A stretch of 64,000 nucleotides of DNA from a virus (lineage: Duplodnaviria; Caudoviricetes). The stretch spans positions 160,001 to 224,000 of IMG/VR virus record IMGVR_UViG_3300001528_000425; one strand, 5' to 3'. The translations under genes were made by a program, and so were the position numbers. The notes under the pieces were generated by a model. It ran no database searches. It saw only the letters and a program-made list of their open reading frames with translations, and was not told the DNA's origin. Shown here piece by piece: positions 30,915-40,783 of this stretch. Numbering within the stretch: position 1 is the first letter of the stretch; each line of letters begins with the position of its first letter.

Positions 30915-31970
30915 ATGAAATTCACCCAACCGACGAACGAAGAACCGGTCGTCTACAACCTGCCGAATACCGACGCTGTCGTCGGTGTGCTCGCCAGGAT
31001 TGCCGCCGGCGTGGAAGGTGATTCTGTCACGATGGTCGTCAACAACGTCCTGACCGACACGATCACCGTGGAAGGTGTGACGCTGGCTGAAGGAGAGGCC
31101 AAAGTCCTCTTCGACTTCTGTCAGGAATTCCGCAAGCTGAACGAAAATGTTCAGTGGAACGTCATGAATCTGACCTACACCAAAGCCGTGGGAGATGCCG
31201 ATGCTTTCGTCGACATCACCGTTGCCTGGGATCAGGCGAAGTACGACGAGACCAAGAAGGCGCTCGAAGAGACTCCCGACACCCAAGCCGAACCGCAACC
31301 TGAAGCTCCCGCTGCCCCGGCCGCGCCTGAGTCCCCGGCTCCCGAAACGGAAACCCCGACCGAACCTGCCGCTGAGCCCGCTCCGGCGCCGGAACAGCCG
31401 TCTCTGCCCGCTACCATCGATGTCCCGGAACCGACGAACGTCTACCGTGCTCCGCATGCTCTGAAGCTCTTCGGTGCTGATGGTCAGCCGGTGTTCGCCT
31501 GTGATGTCACCTGGGGTATGGAAGGTCTGTATCCGGCCGAGAACGTCAAGGTGGAAGATCGCGCCTGGTGGGTGCACATCGACACCGTCGCTCTCTTCGG
31601 CAAGAAGTACGACATCAACGCCTGCATCGCCTGCGATGTCCCGGGCGGCAAGATCGTCGAAGCTCAGGTCAAACTGTACAATGAAACTGTCGAGAAGCTG
31701 GACGAAATCGTCGAAGCGTTCATCGGCAAGGAACTGCTGCAGTATCTGACCGAAGCTATGAAGGAAGTCGAGAACGCTCCGGAACTGACCGCCGAATCCA
31801 TCAAGGAAGCCATCGTCGATCTGAAGAAGATCAAGATCACCTCCGTCGATGGCAAATACGATGCGGTCATCGGACTGTGCCTCAGCTTCTGCCCGGACTG
31901 CTGCATCGGTATCAAGCTGGTTGACGGCAAAGTTGACGAGATCGACAAGATCGAAGTCATCGCCTGCTAA
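30915..31970 (+). CDS. acidic multi-domain protein with Pro/Ala/Glu linker
   Basis: AGGAG RBS before MKFTQ; very strong C-ending codon bias. Confidence 0.8.
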   Translation: MKFTQPTNEEPVVYNLPNTDAVVGVLARIAAGVEGDSVTMVVNNVLTDTITVEGVTLAEGEAKVLFDFCQEFRKLNENVQWNVMNLTYTKAVGDADAFVDITVAWDQAKYDETKKALEETPDTQAEPQPEAPAAPAAPESPAPETETPTEPAAEPAPAPEQPSLPATIDVPEPTNVYRAPHALKLFGADGQPVFACDVTWGMEGLYPAENVKVEDRAWWVHIDTVALFGKKYDINACIACDVPGGKIVEAQVKLYNETVEKLDEIVEAFIGKELLQYLTEAMKEVENAPELTAESIKEAIVDLKKIKITSVDGKYDAVIGLCLSFCPDCCIGIKLVDGKVDEIDKIEVIAC

Positions 31971-31999
31971 CAGCAGCTACAGATGAAATAGAAGAGTCA

Positions 32000-32032
32000 G
32001 TCACTAGTGGAGCTTCAAGCTCCACTAGTGAC
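32000..32032. terminator. hairpin between convergent genes
   Basis: GTCACTAGTGGAGCTT-C-AAGCTCCACTAGTGAC then CCTCTTTTTG on +. Confidence 0.8.
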
Positions 32033-32042
32033 CCTCTTTTGT

Positions 32043-33410
32043 TTATTTAGTCGCAACTTTTACTACAAGTTCCAGTTGCAATTCAGGGGACAAATCACTG
32101 TCTTGATAAAAGTCTTCGTAGACAACTCCCGACAGAAACGCTCTGATACAATCCTTCTTATATTGTTCAGTTTCTTCAGTAACATGATCGACAACATTCC
32201 TGATCTGCTCATATAAGGTATCCGTATCACCTTGTTTGTCAGATGCCTGTGTGTATAACGAAATCAAGGACGTGATCTCTTTCATCGTTGTGAATCCGCT
32301 GGCACCGATAGATGTCGTTTTGGGCTTTGGGAATGAAAAACCCATACTACCAGGACCATCAAATTCACTGAGCATAGTAGACAGAGATAGAACATTGTAC
32401 CTGAAATATTTCAATTTCAAAGAACGAAGAGACTTAACGACTTCGTCGAAATACTCTCGTGCAGTCTCCTTGCCCGTAGTAGAAGGCATGTTCAAAACAT
32501 ACGAACTGTAAGCTATACGCTCCGTATAATAGGCTTTCAGCTCTTGGCTAGTGACCAGAGACAGTTTCCTGGATTTAATCTCTTCCGACAATCCATTCTC
32601 TATCATGGCTTCATATTCATAGAATCCGAACGATCTGTCCATTCCCTTCAGCATATCTCCAACCTCATCGTGGGAGCGAACGATAGGCTTGCCAGGAGAT
32701 GCTGCCTTGAATAGTTTCTCTATCAAAGACACCTGCGCGGACATCAGCGACAGTTTGTCTTTGACGAATGTTCTCAACTGCTTGTGGAACAACGAAACCA
32801 TAGTCAGTCTGGCATTGAGTCGCGCTCTCTCCTGCGGAGTTATGTTCTTGTAGGTATCGAACTTAAGCCAGCGTTTGTTGCGATCGACATAATACCTTGT
32901 CGACGACCTTAACGCTGGAATCAAATCACAGAAGGAACTGATCACATTACTCAATGATTCCAGAGTGTAGCCTTTCGACTTATAAGTACCTTCCGTGGAT
33001 ACAAACAGATCATTCGGTATCGATATGTGTAAACTTTCGTTCGCCAGAATTTTGATATCTTTATCTGAAAGTACACCACGAGATCGTTTGATGAACTCGC
33101 TCTTCAGGTCTTGTGCTGACATCTTGATCAGATTATCAAGCTTTGTGGGAGGAAAGTTATCATAACAGAAAGCACGAAAGCCGCCTAACCTCCCCTCCAT
33201 CTCATTCAGTGGAGGGAGTGTGGTTTTCTCTTGTGCTAGCAGCTTGTTGACTGACGACCGTCTCTCCGGAACATCAGCTTGGCGTAACCTCTGTTTCAAT
33301 TTTGTGAACAAAGCAAACATATCGGTGAAATCGTCCACCAATCCCTGTAATACATCAATTGCAAGATTTTCCATTGCAACTTCAATGTTGTTGTTTACTA
33401 CAATGCGCAC
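32043..33410 (-). CDS. putative virion head protein
   Basis: MRIVVNNNIEVAME|N; STE|G; AAGGAG RBS; late motif upstream. Confidence 0.6.
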   Translation of the reverse strand: MRIVVNNNIEVAMENLAIDVLQGLVDDFTDMFALFTKLKQRLRQADVPERRSSVNKLLAQEKTTLPPLNEMEGRLGGFRAFCYDNFPPTKLDNLIKMSAQDLKSEFIKRSRGVLSDKDIKILANESLHISIPNDLFVSTEGTYKSKGYTLESLSNVISSFCDLIPALRSSTRYYVDRNKRWLKFDTYKNITPQERARLNARLTMVSLFHKQLRTFVKDKLSLMSAQVSLIEKLFKAASPGKPIVRSHDEVGDMLKGMDRSFGFYEYEAMIENGLSEEIKSRKLSLVTSQELKAYYTERIAYSSYVLNMPSTTGKETAREYFDEVVKSLRSLKLKYFRYNVLSLSTMLSEFDGPGSMGFSFPKPKTTSIGASGFTTMKEITSLISLYTQASDKQGDTDTLYEQIRNVVDHVTEETEQYKKDCIRAFLSGVVYEDFYQDSDLSPELQLELVVKVATK

Positions 33411-33444
33411 TGTAATTTACTCCTTAATAATGTTTAATGGTAAG

Positions 33445-33478
33445 TATAAGATGATGAGGGGGTCATCCCCTCATCATC
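33445..33478 (-). promoter_or_regulatory. hairpin overlapping putative late promoter
   Basis: GATGATGAGGGG/CCCCTCATCATC stem; CATCTTATA at 33445-33453. Confidence 0.55.
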
Positions 33479-33491
33479 CTACCATTTCAGC

Positions 33492-34501
33492 TTAAGCGTG
33501 ATACACATGGAACTCGGGAGGAATAGTGAAACTTTCATCAGGACCAGGTCTCCAAGCCAAGTCCCAAGGATTGGCTGTTCCATCCGGATCATCCGCCTGG
33601 TAACAGGCATTTCGTTGCCACGATAGGTACCACTTCTTAATGGATGGATACCACCTTACTTGATGCCCTCCGTTACTGACATCTCTCCAGCAACGGTTGG
33701 AACCAATGACAGTTGCATCATCGAGCATGAACAGTCTTCCAGTACCACTATCCGTGTTATTCCAATTCCAGTTGGTACCTCTTATTCGTATATGTGGAAT
33801 CATGATAGAATCCTGCACGTTCATCCAAGATCCGCTGAACACATCTGCAGCACGTGCTAACGCTGTACCAAGACCACTCGATCCTTGAGATAACCAAGAC
33901 TCCGTCACGCCAACATTACGAACATAAGGAGCTGCTGATACAGGAACTCCTTTCGCTGGTACGAAGTATACACTGTAATTCGTACATCCTGTTGTAGATC
34001 CGCTATCAGGGGCTATCTCCATGTACGTATGACTCCCAGGGTTGATGGGTGTGATAGAGGACTGCCAGGTATCTCCATCCGGTAACGCGTCTCCTACGAA
34101 TACCATACGATTGGCTACATAACCAGGTCTCACCCATGTAGCTTGTGTCTTATTCGCACAATCGTACAAGGTAACGTTTTCGTTGTAACGATGGAACAGA
34201 TGCCCGGGATGACCAGCTACAAATTGAACGACGTCACAGTCGTTATTTCTTTTAACTTGCTGTACCCAGATATATCCAGGAGCACGAATGTGCCAGATAT
34301 GTCCATGTCTGGTATTAGCCAACTGTAGCATGAAGGTGGTTCTCGTGAAATCCGGTAGAGAAGCTGTACCGATTTCATTGAGAGCTTCTCCTTTGGTGTA
34401 ATAACGATCGTCGTGATTGTGAACGATGTTGGCAAAGGTTTTATTTAACCACGCCTTGAAATCATCGGCGATGGAATGATCCTGTGAGGGAAGTTAGCCA
34501 T
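33492..34501 (-). pseudogene. tail-fibre-like paralogue with 1-nt frameshift near 34475
   Basis: ATG 34501 with AAGGAG RBS; adding one T gives MANFPHRIISIADDFKAWLNKTFANIVHNHDDRY, co-linear with the 57766 and 57679 N-termini and in frame with 33492..34331. Confidence 0.75.
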
Positions 34502-34644
34502 GGTTGTGAACTCCTTGGTTGGTAAAATGGAATTGACTATTTCTATGTAGAAATAGTCACAACTATTAAATTTCACACACCACCGAAGCTGATCGTCAAT
34601 GCGATCATGCTATACAGGACATATAACGACAAAAAATAAAGAAC

Positions 34645-34683
34645 CAGTTACTAGGAGGAGCATCAAGCTCCTCCTAGTAACTG
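34645..34683 (-). terminator. intrinsic terminator
   Basis: 17-bp stem followed on - by GTTCTTTATTTTTT. Confidence 0.85.
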
Positions 34684-34903
34684 CATGTTAGTTGATCGGT
34701 ATTCACCCTTGGAAGATCTCCAGATCATCATCTGTAACATGACAACAGCTACAGAACTCTTGCCCTTTTGGAGAAGTAGTATTGTTCTGTTTGGTGATTA
34801 TCTGTACATGTGGTGATATGGTACTCATAACAATTTCCATGTATCCTTATCTTCTCCGTGAGTCAGAAGTTTCTTAACCAACTCATTCATAGTAGATATC
34901 TCC

Positions 34904-35110
34904 TCATCCAAAGATAGTCTTCAGAAGCATATAGCATCCGATGACACATAGAACGATGATAGCCAAACAGCCGAATCCCAGACAGCCGAGGCATCCGAAT
35001 CCGAGATACTCATCGGTGTGATCTGGTTTCGGTGGGTAGTTGTGGATCTCGTAGACGACTTGACCATTCTCTTTGGTCACCTTGGTAACTTTCGGATGTC
35101 GTTTCAACAT
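34904..35110 (-). CDS. small membrane protein
   Basis: AAGGAG RBS; hydrophobic C-terminus with GFGCL repeats. Confidence 0.7.
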   Translation of the reverse strand: MLKRHPKVTKVTKENGQVVYEIHNYPPKPDHTDEYLGFGCLGCLGFGCLAIIVLCVIGCYMLLKTIFG

Positions 35111-35170
35111 AGCAATCTCCTTTCTATATACATCTATGAGATGTAGTTAACGTGTAAAAATTAAAGACAT

Positions 35171-35206
35171 GGTAAGGGATGGAAGGCAATCCTTCCATCC
35201 CTTACC
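35171..35206 (-). terminator. intrinsic terminator
   Basis: 16-bp stem GGTAAGGGATGGAAGG/CCTTCCATCCCTTACC; T-rich tail on -. Confidence 0.8.
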
Positions 35207-35223
35207 ACCTATCGTGTGATCGG

Positions 35224-35424
35224 TCAGATGTTCAAGTCGACCGTTCCGGTGACGCCGGTATCAACCATCTTGATATTCACGCGTTCTCCTTCATAGAAGA
35301 CTTCCTTCTCCATGCCTGTCACATAGACATGTACGGGTAACGTCTTGTCCTGGATATCCGTGAGAACATCGATCAGATCTTGTACTGACATCGGTTGCAC
35401 TTCTTTGTGGTTGTCCATACCCAC
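35224..35424 (-). CDS. small hypothetical protein
   Basis: MSVQDLIDVL...LPV pattern common in small phage proteins; GAGG RBS. Confidence 0.65.
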   Translation of the reverse strand: MGMDNHKEVQPMSVQDLIDVLTDIQDKTLPVHVYVTGMEKEVFYEGERVNIKMVDTGVTGTVDLNI

Positions 35425-35436
35425 ACCTCATCTTTC

Positions 35437-36912
35437 TCAAATGTAGTTAATAACATGCTCGTGATAATCACGAGCCTTTCGTTTCAAGATCTCACGTCGC
35501 TCATAGACGTGTCTCTGATGGGATTCGAGATTGAGATCATACTGATCTACATAGATCAGACTCTCTCCTGGATTCAATTCTCGTAGACGACCTAACCACT
35601 GTTCAATTTGCGTTGGAGCTTTGGTTGAAATCGTGTTGTAAGCTGTCTTCAGATTCTTGATATCCAGACCAGTTCCACCCTTCTGAGGAACCGTGATGAT
35701 GATGTCAACACCATCCGCTAAGTTGCTCTCAGGGCTACCACCCACGTACTCCTTAATTACGAGTGATGGGTAGTATTTTTCAAGCTCCTGCTTGAGTTTT
35801 TGGAGCATTTGGATCGTTGATACGAATATGAGCAATTTCTGATTCTTCTTACGAACGTTGATGTAATGACTGTCGATTCTTGGTTTGATCACCATTTCGA
35901 CATATCGTTGGAACTTCCGTTCTGTCTTCATCAGTTGCGCTTCGTATCGAGCATGCATGTAACCACGATTAGTGACCACTTTACGTTCCAAGACCTCTCC
36001 ATGGTAACCGTACATGAATACAGTGACATACTGCTTATAACGATCCTCTCCGAACCTCATAGAGGTTGGATAGATGATATCGAAGATCCTTCTGCATTCT
36101 GCTCCTGATTGGGTAAAGGTAGCAGTTAGATAGATGTTGTTGGGAACGTTCGTGTAGAGATCCATCATGGTTGTTGCATGGAAGTCACGGTGTACTTCAT
36201 CGTACACTTTCGTTCCGATACCATAATGCTTGAAGAACTCCTTGAAATCCATAGGGAGTTCAGCATAGTTACCTTTCGCCCCCATGAAGAGTCTCATCGT
36301 AGCCAGAGAGGCAACGAATACGGAAGGCTTCCAATCGCTTCCCATTAACATCTCTAAACTACGATGTTCTTTCAGAACATAAACCTCATCCTCAGCATTC
36401 GTCTGTTCTCGAATGGACTTGACCCATTGCTCCACCAGACCTGCTACTACGATGATAGCGGCATGTTTCAAGTTAGCGATAGCTTTGGTAGCACTGTAGG
36501 TTTTCCCAGCACCCGGTTGTAAACTCAATCCACGTCTTGGAGTAGACGGATCGGACAAATATCTGATCGCATCAACTTGATGAGGTCTGTCTGTAAATTT
36601 CGGATTCATTTTGAGATTGATACTTCGAATCGGATAATCCGGTAATTTTCTCTGTTCGGTATCGATACCCAACTCGTGAAGCCGCTCTGAGAAGATATTG
36701 AGAAATCCGATCGGTATCCTCAAGGAACTCGTCTCGTAATCGTAATAACAGAATTTGCGAACTTCGAAGATCCTTCTTCTACGTGGGTCCCACGTATGTT
36801 CTGTCAAGGATCTCCTCACCAGATCCCCGATGTAATGACCCTTCGGATGATCTGGTGGAATGACGATGGCTGCATGGGTGTAGCCAACGTATACAGGAAT
36901 CGTTGCGGCCAT
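35437..36912 (-). CDS. superfamily 2 DExH helicase (phiKZ gp75/UvsW-like)
   Basis: Q-motif RPHQ, Walker A LQPGAGKT, VYDEVH, LTAT, GTGLDI, QWLGRLR. Confidence 0.92.
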   Translation of the reverse strand: MAATIPVYVGYTHAAIVIPPDHPKGHYIGDLVRRSLTEHTWDPRRRRIFEVRKFCYYDYETSSLRIPIGFLNIFSERLHELGIDTEQRKLPDYPIRSINLKMNPKFTDRPHQVDAIRYLSDPSTPRRGLSLQPGAGKTYSATKAIANLKHAAIIVVAGLVEQWVKSIREQTNAEDEVYVLKEHRSLEMLMGSDWKPSVFVASLATMRLFMGAKGNYAELPMDFKEFFKHYGIGTKVYDEVHRDFHATTMMDLYTNVPNNIYLTATFTQSGAECRRIFDIIYPTSMRFGEDRYKQYVTVFMYGYHGEVLERKVVTNRGYMHARYEAQLMKTERKFQRYVEMVIKPRIDSHYINVRKKNQKLLIFVSTIQMLQKLKQELEKYYPSLVIKEYVGGSPESNLADGVDIIITVPQKGGTGLDIKNLKTAYNTISTKAPTQIEQWLGRLRELNPGESLIYVDQYDLNLESHQRHVYERREILKRKARDYHEHVINYI

Positions 36913-36937
36913 AGCAGCCACCTCTCTTGGTTAGTTG

Positions 36938-37171
36938 TTAATCGATCGTGTACGGTATATCCACGCCGCTAACAGCAGCAGCATGGGTATCTAACGTACG
37001 TTTGAGCGTGTGCTCGGTGTCACTCAATGGCGTCACTCGTTTCCAGATTTCAGTCGTTCCACCGTTATGATGATCCGGCTCATATCCGACGACCATGTAT
37101 TGCACGTTACCACACGTCCGCGTGGTTCCTAATGGAAGACAACGGACATCACTTCGTAAGGGAGCTTTCAT
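36938..37171 (-). CDS. hypothetical protein
   Basis: GAGGA RBS; co-oriented in operon. Confidence 0.55.
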   Translation of the reverse strand: MKAPLRSDVRCLPLGTTRTCGNVQYMVVGYEPDHHNGGTTEIWKRVTPLSDTEHTLKRTLDTHAAAVSGVDIPYTID

Positions 37172-37198
37172 GCAACCTGTTCCTCACTCAATTGATCG

Positions 37199-37816
37199 TC
37201 AAATGAATTCCATATAGTCGTCGATGATCTCGACCTCACCCTCGTAGCGATTGATATTCACTACAGCCATGGGCATGTCGATCATGAACGCCATGAGTTG
37301 TTCGGGAGCTATCGCTACAACCCCATTTTCATCCGGATTCCATTCAGCCAACTTGGGTATTGCTTCAATGAGTAAAGTCCGGTATGGAGTGATGGTAGTC
37401 GGTACTCCGTCCTCGTATTCTTGACGTCCTTCAGTCTCACCATCGAGACTGGCGGCCTTGACCGTAATGAAAATCGTGCCTCGTTCTCTGTCCTTGAGCT
37501 CTCGGTAAACGTCCCGTACTAAGCAAGGATTCACTTTTCCTTTAGCGTGTATCATGTAAGCTTCGATGAACTCCTTTTCGGACAAATTCAGATTCGACTT
37601 GGAGAATTCGACTATCTGAACTATCATGGATTCTTCAGGCCAATGCTTCGCGTACACGTCATAGTCCTTGATATCAGGAGTCTCTTCATCCGGATACTTG
37701 GCTTTGAAGAACTCGTAGAATCGAGGCCAGTGATTCGGAGGAGCTCCGTCCTTTACAGCACGTTTGATCGCCTGCATGGATGGAGTATTGTCCAATATCT
37801 TGAGGTAGTTACTCAT
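37199..37816 (-). CDS. hypothetical protein
   Basis: AGAGGA RBS; 205 aa. Confidence 0.7.
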   Translation of the reverse strand: MSNYLKILDNTPSMQAIKRAVKDGAPPNHWPRFYEFFKAKYPDEETPDIKDYDVYAKHWPEESMIVQIVEFSKSNLNLSEKEFIEAYMIHAKGKVNPCLVRDVYRELKDRERGTIFITVKAASLDGETEGRQEYEDGVPTTITPYRTLLIEAIPKLAEWNPDENGVVAIAPEQLMAFMIDMPMAVVNINRYEGEVEIIDDYMEFI

Positions 37817-37840
37817 GTTACATTTCCTCTTCTGATAATG

Positions 37841-37870
37841 TGGTCCTAGGGGCTCGAGCCCCTAGGACCA
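37841..37870. repeat. 30-bp perfect palindrome
   Basis: TGGTCCTAGGGGCTC|GAGCCCCTAGGACCA after nvRNAP beta' stop; no clear U tract. Confidence 0.8.
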
Positions 37871-37880
37871 TGGTTTCGGG

Positions 37881-39869
37881 TTAGAACCCGAAGTAGCGAT
37901 CGTTCATTCCTTCACGCATGTCGACCAAAGTTGCCTTTGGATCGGAGAACAAGCCGTCCATCCGTTCGAAACTCAACTTAGTAGAGAGCGCTGCTTCATT
38001 GATCACCGAAGCCATACCCGCGAAGGATACAGACTGATGAGCATCTTCGATCACAGGAATACTGTAGTCGATCGAGCTCTTGATCATAAAAGCTCTAAGC
38101 AACATCTCTACATAGAATATTTCGATATCCGTCTTGTTGTACAGGATCTGCGTAAAATCCTTCAACAGTAACGGAATGGAGTGATAGTCGGCGATCTGCG
38201 TCGACAAGAAGTTTTCGATCCTTGTCACGAACGAGACCATGTCGTCGTTCATCACCGTGTACTTCATGAACGGTTTGTGGAGGTCGAACTCTGCCAACGG
38301 TACAGTGACCGTATCGGAAGTGATCTCCAACTGCTTCCAGTACTTCTTCATGTGCATCAGCGCATACGAAGAGAGATACGGAATAGCCGCTCCATCTTCC
38401 ATCGGGACTCGTTCCACGAATTTACCATCCATGAGGATATCGAAGAACCGAATCTTGGTGAAAGACTCCGTGACAGGGAGATTCTTCTGAGTCAAGTCGG
38501 TAAGCGTACCGATCGCATCCAGAGGAATCCTGATCTGCATACGGGATAGTTTGTCTGCAAGAGCCACGTTCCAGATGATACCGTCGTTATGTTTCAGCAG
38601 ATACTTGAGAGCCGGTACAGGAATATTGTATTCCTTCGACAGCGTGCGAATCAGATGCTTCGCACTCAAGATCAACTGAGTGATGGCGGCAACCACCTTG
38701 GTGGCAGAGAAGACACCGATATGGATGCCCGGTGGGATGAACTTGGATAGATGTCCATACATGAACCCAGCACAATGTTCACATACTCCGTCGGTATGTC
38801 GACATCCGAACGGACTGAACATCTGTACTGGCTGTGCAACATATTTTCGAATGTTCTCTCTGGTAAGGATCACCTTGTTCCCGTCGATGCGGATGATCTT
38901 CCCAAGATAGTTCTTCATAGAACGCTCAGGGATCGTTACATCCATGAGGACATCAGACCCACACCATCCAGGATACACCCTCGGTAACTGTGATCCAACC
39001 AATCGGCATTTTCGTGCGAAGTACTGGGCACGTTCGATAACTTCAGAGTTAAAGAACGCACTCTTCTTCGCACTCAACGCCTCGATAGCGTAATCCTCCA
39101 CACCGTCAAGTCCTGACATAGCAGAAGACTGAATCACGTGCTGCATCATGATGTCAGTGATATCGGAACGACAGCCGTACTGCAAGAACATCTGCGGAAG
39201 CTGGTTGCGCTTCAACAGTTTGGTGCTCATGTACGGACGCATCCAGTTGTTTACCAACGGACCGTCTTTCTCCGCTAACAAGACATGCAGCTGATGATTT
39301 AGCTGATCAATCTTCTTCTCAGCGAATGCGGTTCCAAGCTTACCGTCCACCGTACCTGCTGTGAGATCCTTCAGAGGTTTCTGGGTGAACAACTCAGCGA
39401 TACTGATTGCATCCATAGTACCTTGATAAGGTCTCAGATACCTATGGATGAAGTTCGCTAGATAACATTTACCCAAGAAAACCTGCTGAAGGACTTCCAG
39501 ATAGAACGTATCTTGCTGTTCTCGGAGTTTCAGATCGTTGACATCGTGGATCTTTTCATTTTCTCCGGCATAGTGCTTAAGCACCAATTCTTTGAAAATG
39601 ACACCGAAGCATTTGCCATCGGTTTCATCACTGAACGATGGAATCACGAAGACTCGTTCTTTGGTGATCGGTTCTTTGAAATACGCATAGACCCTCCAGA
39701 ATATGGCATTCATGATGATCTTTCTGACAGGAGCGATATACTCGTACTTGTCATTCAGAACTACCATGCCGTAGCCGTTATCCTTGTGGTCTTTCATCAG
39801 CTGTTCACAGAACTTCGGATCGAGGATCTGTTTCAGCTTGAACGTTTGTGTGACTTTTACATCCGCCAT
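37881..39869 (-). CDS. non-virion RNA polymerase beta' C-terminal subunit (phiKZ gp74-like)
   Basis: E..SAKKS...I...QYFARK bridge-helix-like, WCGS, SPFGC...GVCEHC zinc site, TQLILSAKH; between gp71-73-like and helicase. Confidence 0.85.
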   Translation of the reverse strand: MADVKVTQTFKLKQILDPKFCEQLMKDHKDNGYGMVVLNDKYEYIAPVRKIIMNAIFWRVYAYFKEPITKERVFVIPSFSDETDGKCFGVIFKELVLKHYAGENEKIHDVNDLKLREQQDTFYLEVLQQVFLGKCYLANFIHRYLRPYQGTMDAISIAELFTQKPLKDLTAGTVDGKLGTAFAEKKIDQLNHQLHVLLAEKDGPLVNNWMRPYMSTKLLKRNQLPQMFLQYGCRSDITDIMMQHVIQSSAMSGLDGVEDYAIEALSAKKSAFFNSEVIERAQYFARKCRLVGSQLPRVYPGWCGSDVLMDVTIPERSMKNYLGKIIRIDGNKVILTRENIRKYVAQPVQMFSPFGCRHTDGVCEHCAGFMYGHLSKFIPPGIHIGVFSATKVVAAITQLILSAKHLIRTLSKEYNIPVPALKYLLKHNDGIIWNVALADKLSRMQIRIPLDAIGTLTDLTQKNLPVTESFTKIRFFDILMDGKFVERVPMEDGAAIPYLSSYALMHMKKYWKQLEITSDTVTVPLAEFDLHKPFMKYTVMNDDMVSFVTRIENFLSTQIADYHSIPLLLKDFTQILYNKTDIEIFYVEMLLRAFMIKSSIDYSIPVIEDAHQSVSFAGMASVINEAALSTKLSFERMDGLFSDPKATLVDMREGMNDRYFGF

Positions 39870-40783
39870 TACTTCACCACCACTTCTGCACTGTTCCCTT
39901 CAACTTGACGAACTTTGTCAGCTTCCGGTCTGGTATCATACCCGATCGGAGCCATCATGTGCGTAAAGATGGAGATGTTGTTGCTGGTTTTAATGATGTG
40001 ATCAGTCTCCATGGGATAATGAGTCACTTGCGTAGGATGTGGGTCGGTGAGAGCAGTTCTTTCCATCAACTTAACTGCTGATGGAGAGTTGCCGTTCACG
40101 CCCATCAATCTCACGATCGTGTAAGCTCCCATGGACATCGTCGACATACAGATCTCATCTTCACCCAGTCTCTGACAGGTCTGTCCGACTGGAGATTGAG
40201 ATTTGATGTATTTGCTTGTCGGTTTCATCGGAGTCTCGAACTGATTCCCATAACTGATCTCCACACAATGCAGCATGGAGGTCGGGATCTTCCCGAGTAA
40301 CATGAGATGTTTGTCCCCGATGATAGTCTCAGACAGAGTCCTGACTGTTGTCATGGTTCCATCCTCTTCCCGGACCGTATACGTTAAGGGAGATTTCTTC
40401 AATCCATACTTGTCCTTCATGTACAAGATCCACTCTGGTGTGATGTTCTCCATGAACCCGATCGCAAGCATGATCCCGTCGCGTCGAACCGTTTCCACGA
40501 ACTCTTCCTTACGGTTGATGGTCGTTTTCTCGTATTCTTCACGAAGTACGGGTCGAACATCTTCAATGTATCCCATGATGTATTCATAGGCTTTGTTGAT
40601 GTCCTTCATCTCGCGTACCGTCTTCTGGACACATCGACTGAGAGCATTCAGGTCTTGTTCATAGAACTGACCAGGATTCATACGGTTGATCACAGATGCT
40701 GTAGTGATACAGAAATCCGCGATAGTCCCATCGTCCGTGCGAGGCATGTATTTCTTCTCACGGATATCTGATACGACACCTTT
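39869..40783 (-). CDS. non-virion RNA polymerase beta C-terminal subunit (gp71-73-like), exon 2
   Basis: KGVVS...MP, SVINRMNPGQFYEQ, RLGEDE. Confidence 0.88.
   Translation of the reverse strand, partial: KGVVSDIREKKYMPRTDDGTIADFCITTASVINRMNPGQFYEQDLNALSRCVQKTVREMKDINKAYEYIMGYIEDVRPVLREEYEKTTINRKEEFVETVRRDGIMLAIGFMENITPEWILYMKDKYGLKKSPLTYTVREEDGTMTTVRTLSETIIGDKHLMLLGKIPTSMLHCVEISYGNQFETPMKPTSKYIKSQSPVGQTCQRLGEDEICMSTMSMGAYTIVRLMGVNGNSPSAVKLMERTALTDPHPTQVTHYPMETDHIIKTSNNISIFTHMMAPIGYDTRPEADKVRQVEGNSAEVVVK

Noticed and set aside
31260-31420. GC-rich short repeats as CRISPR or DNA repeat array
   Set aside because: Encodes a Pro/Ala/Glu linker; no constant repeat-spacer structure. No CRISPR array or tRNA found anywhere in the window.
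34690-34890. Tiny ORFs (21 and about 45 aa) downstream of 34904
   Set aside because: Too short and motif-free to support; may be a decayed or frameshifted small gene.
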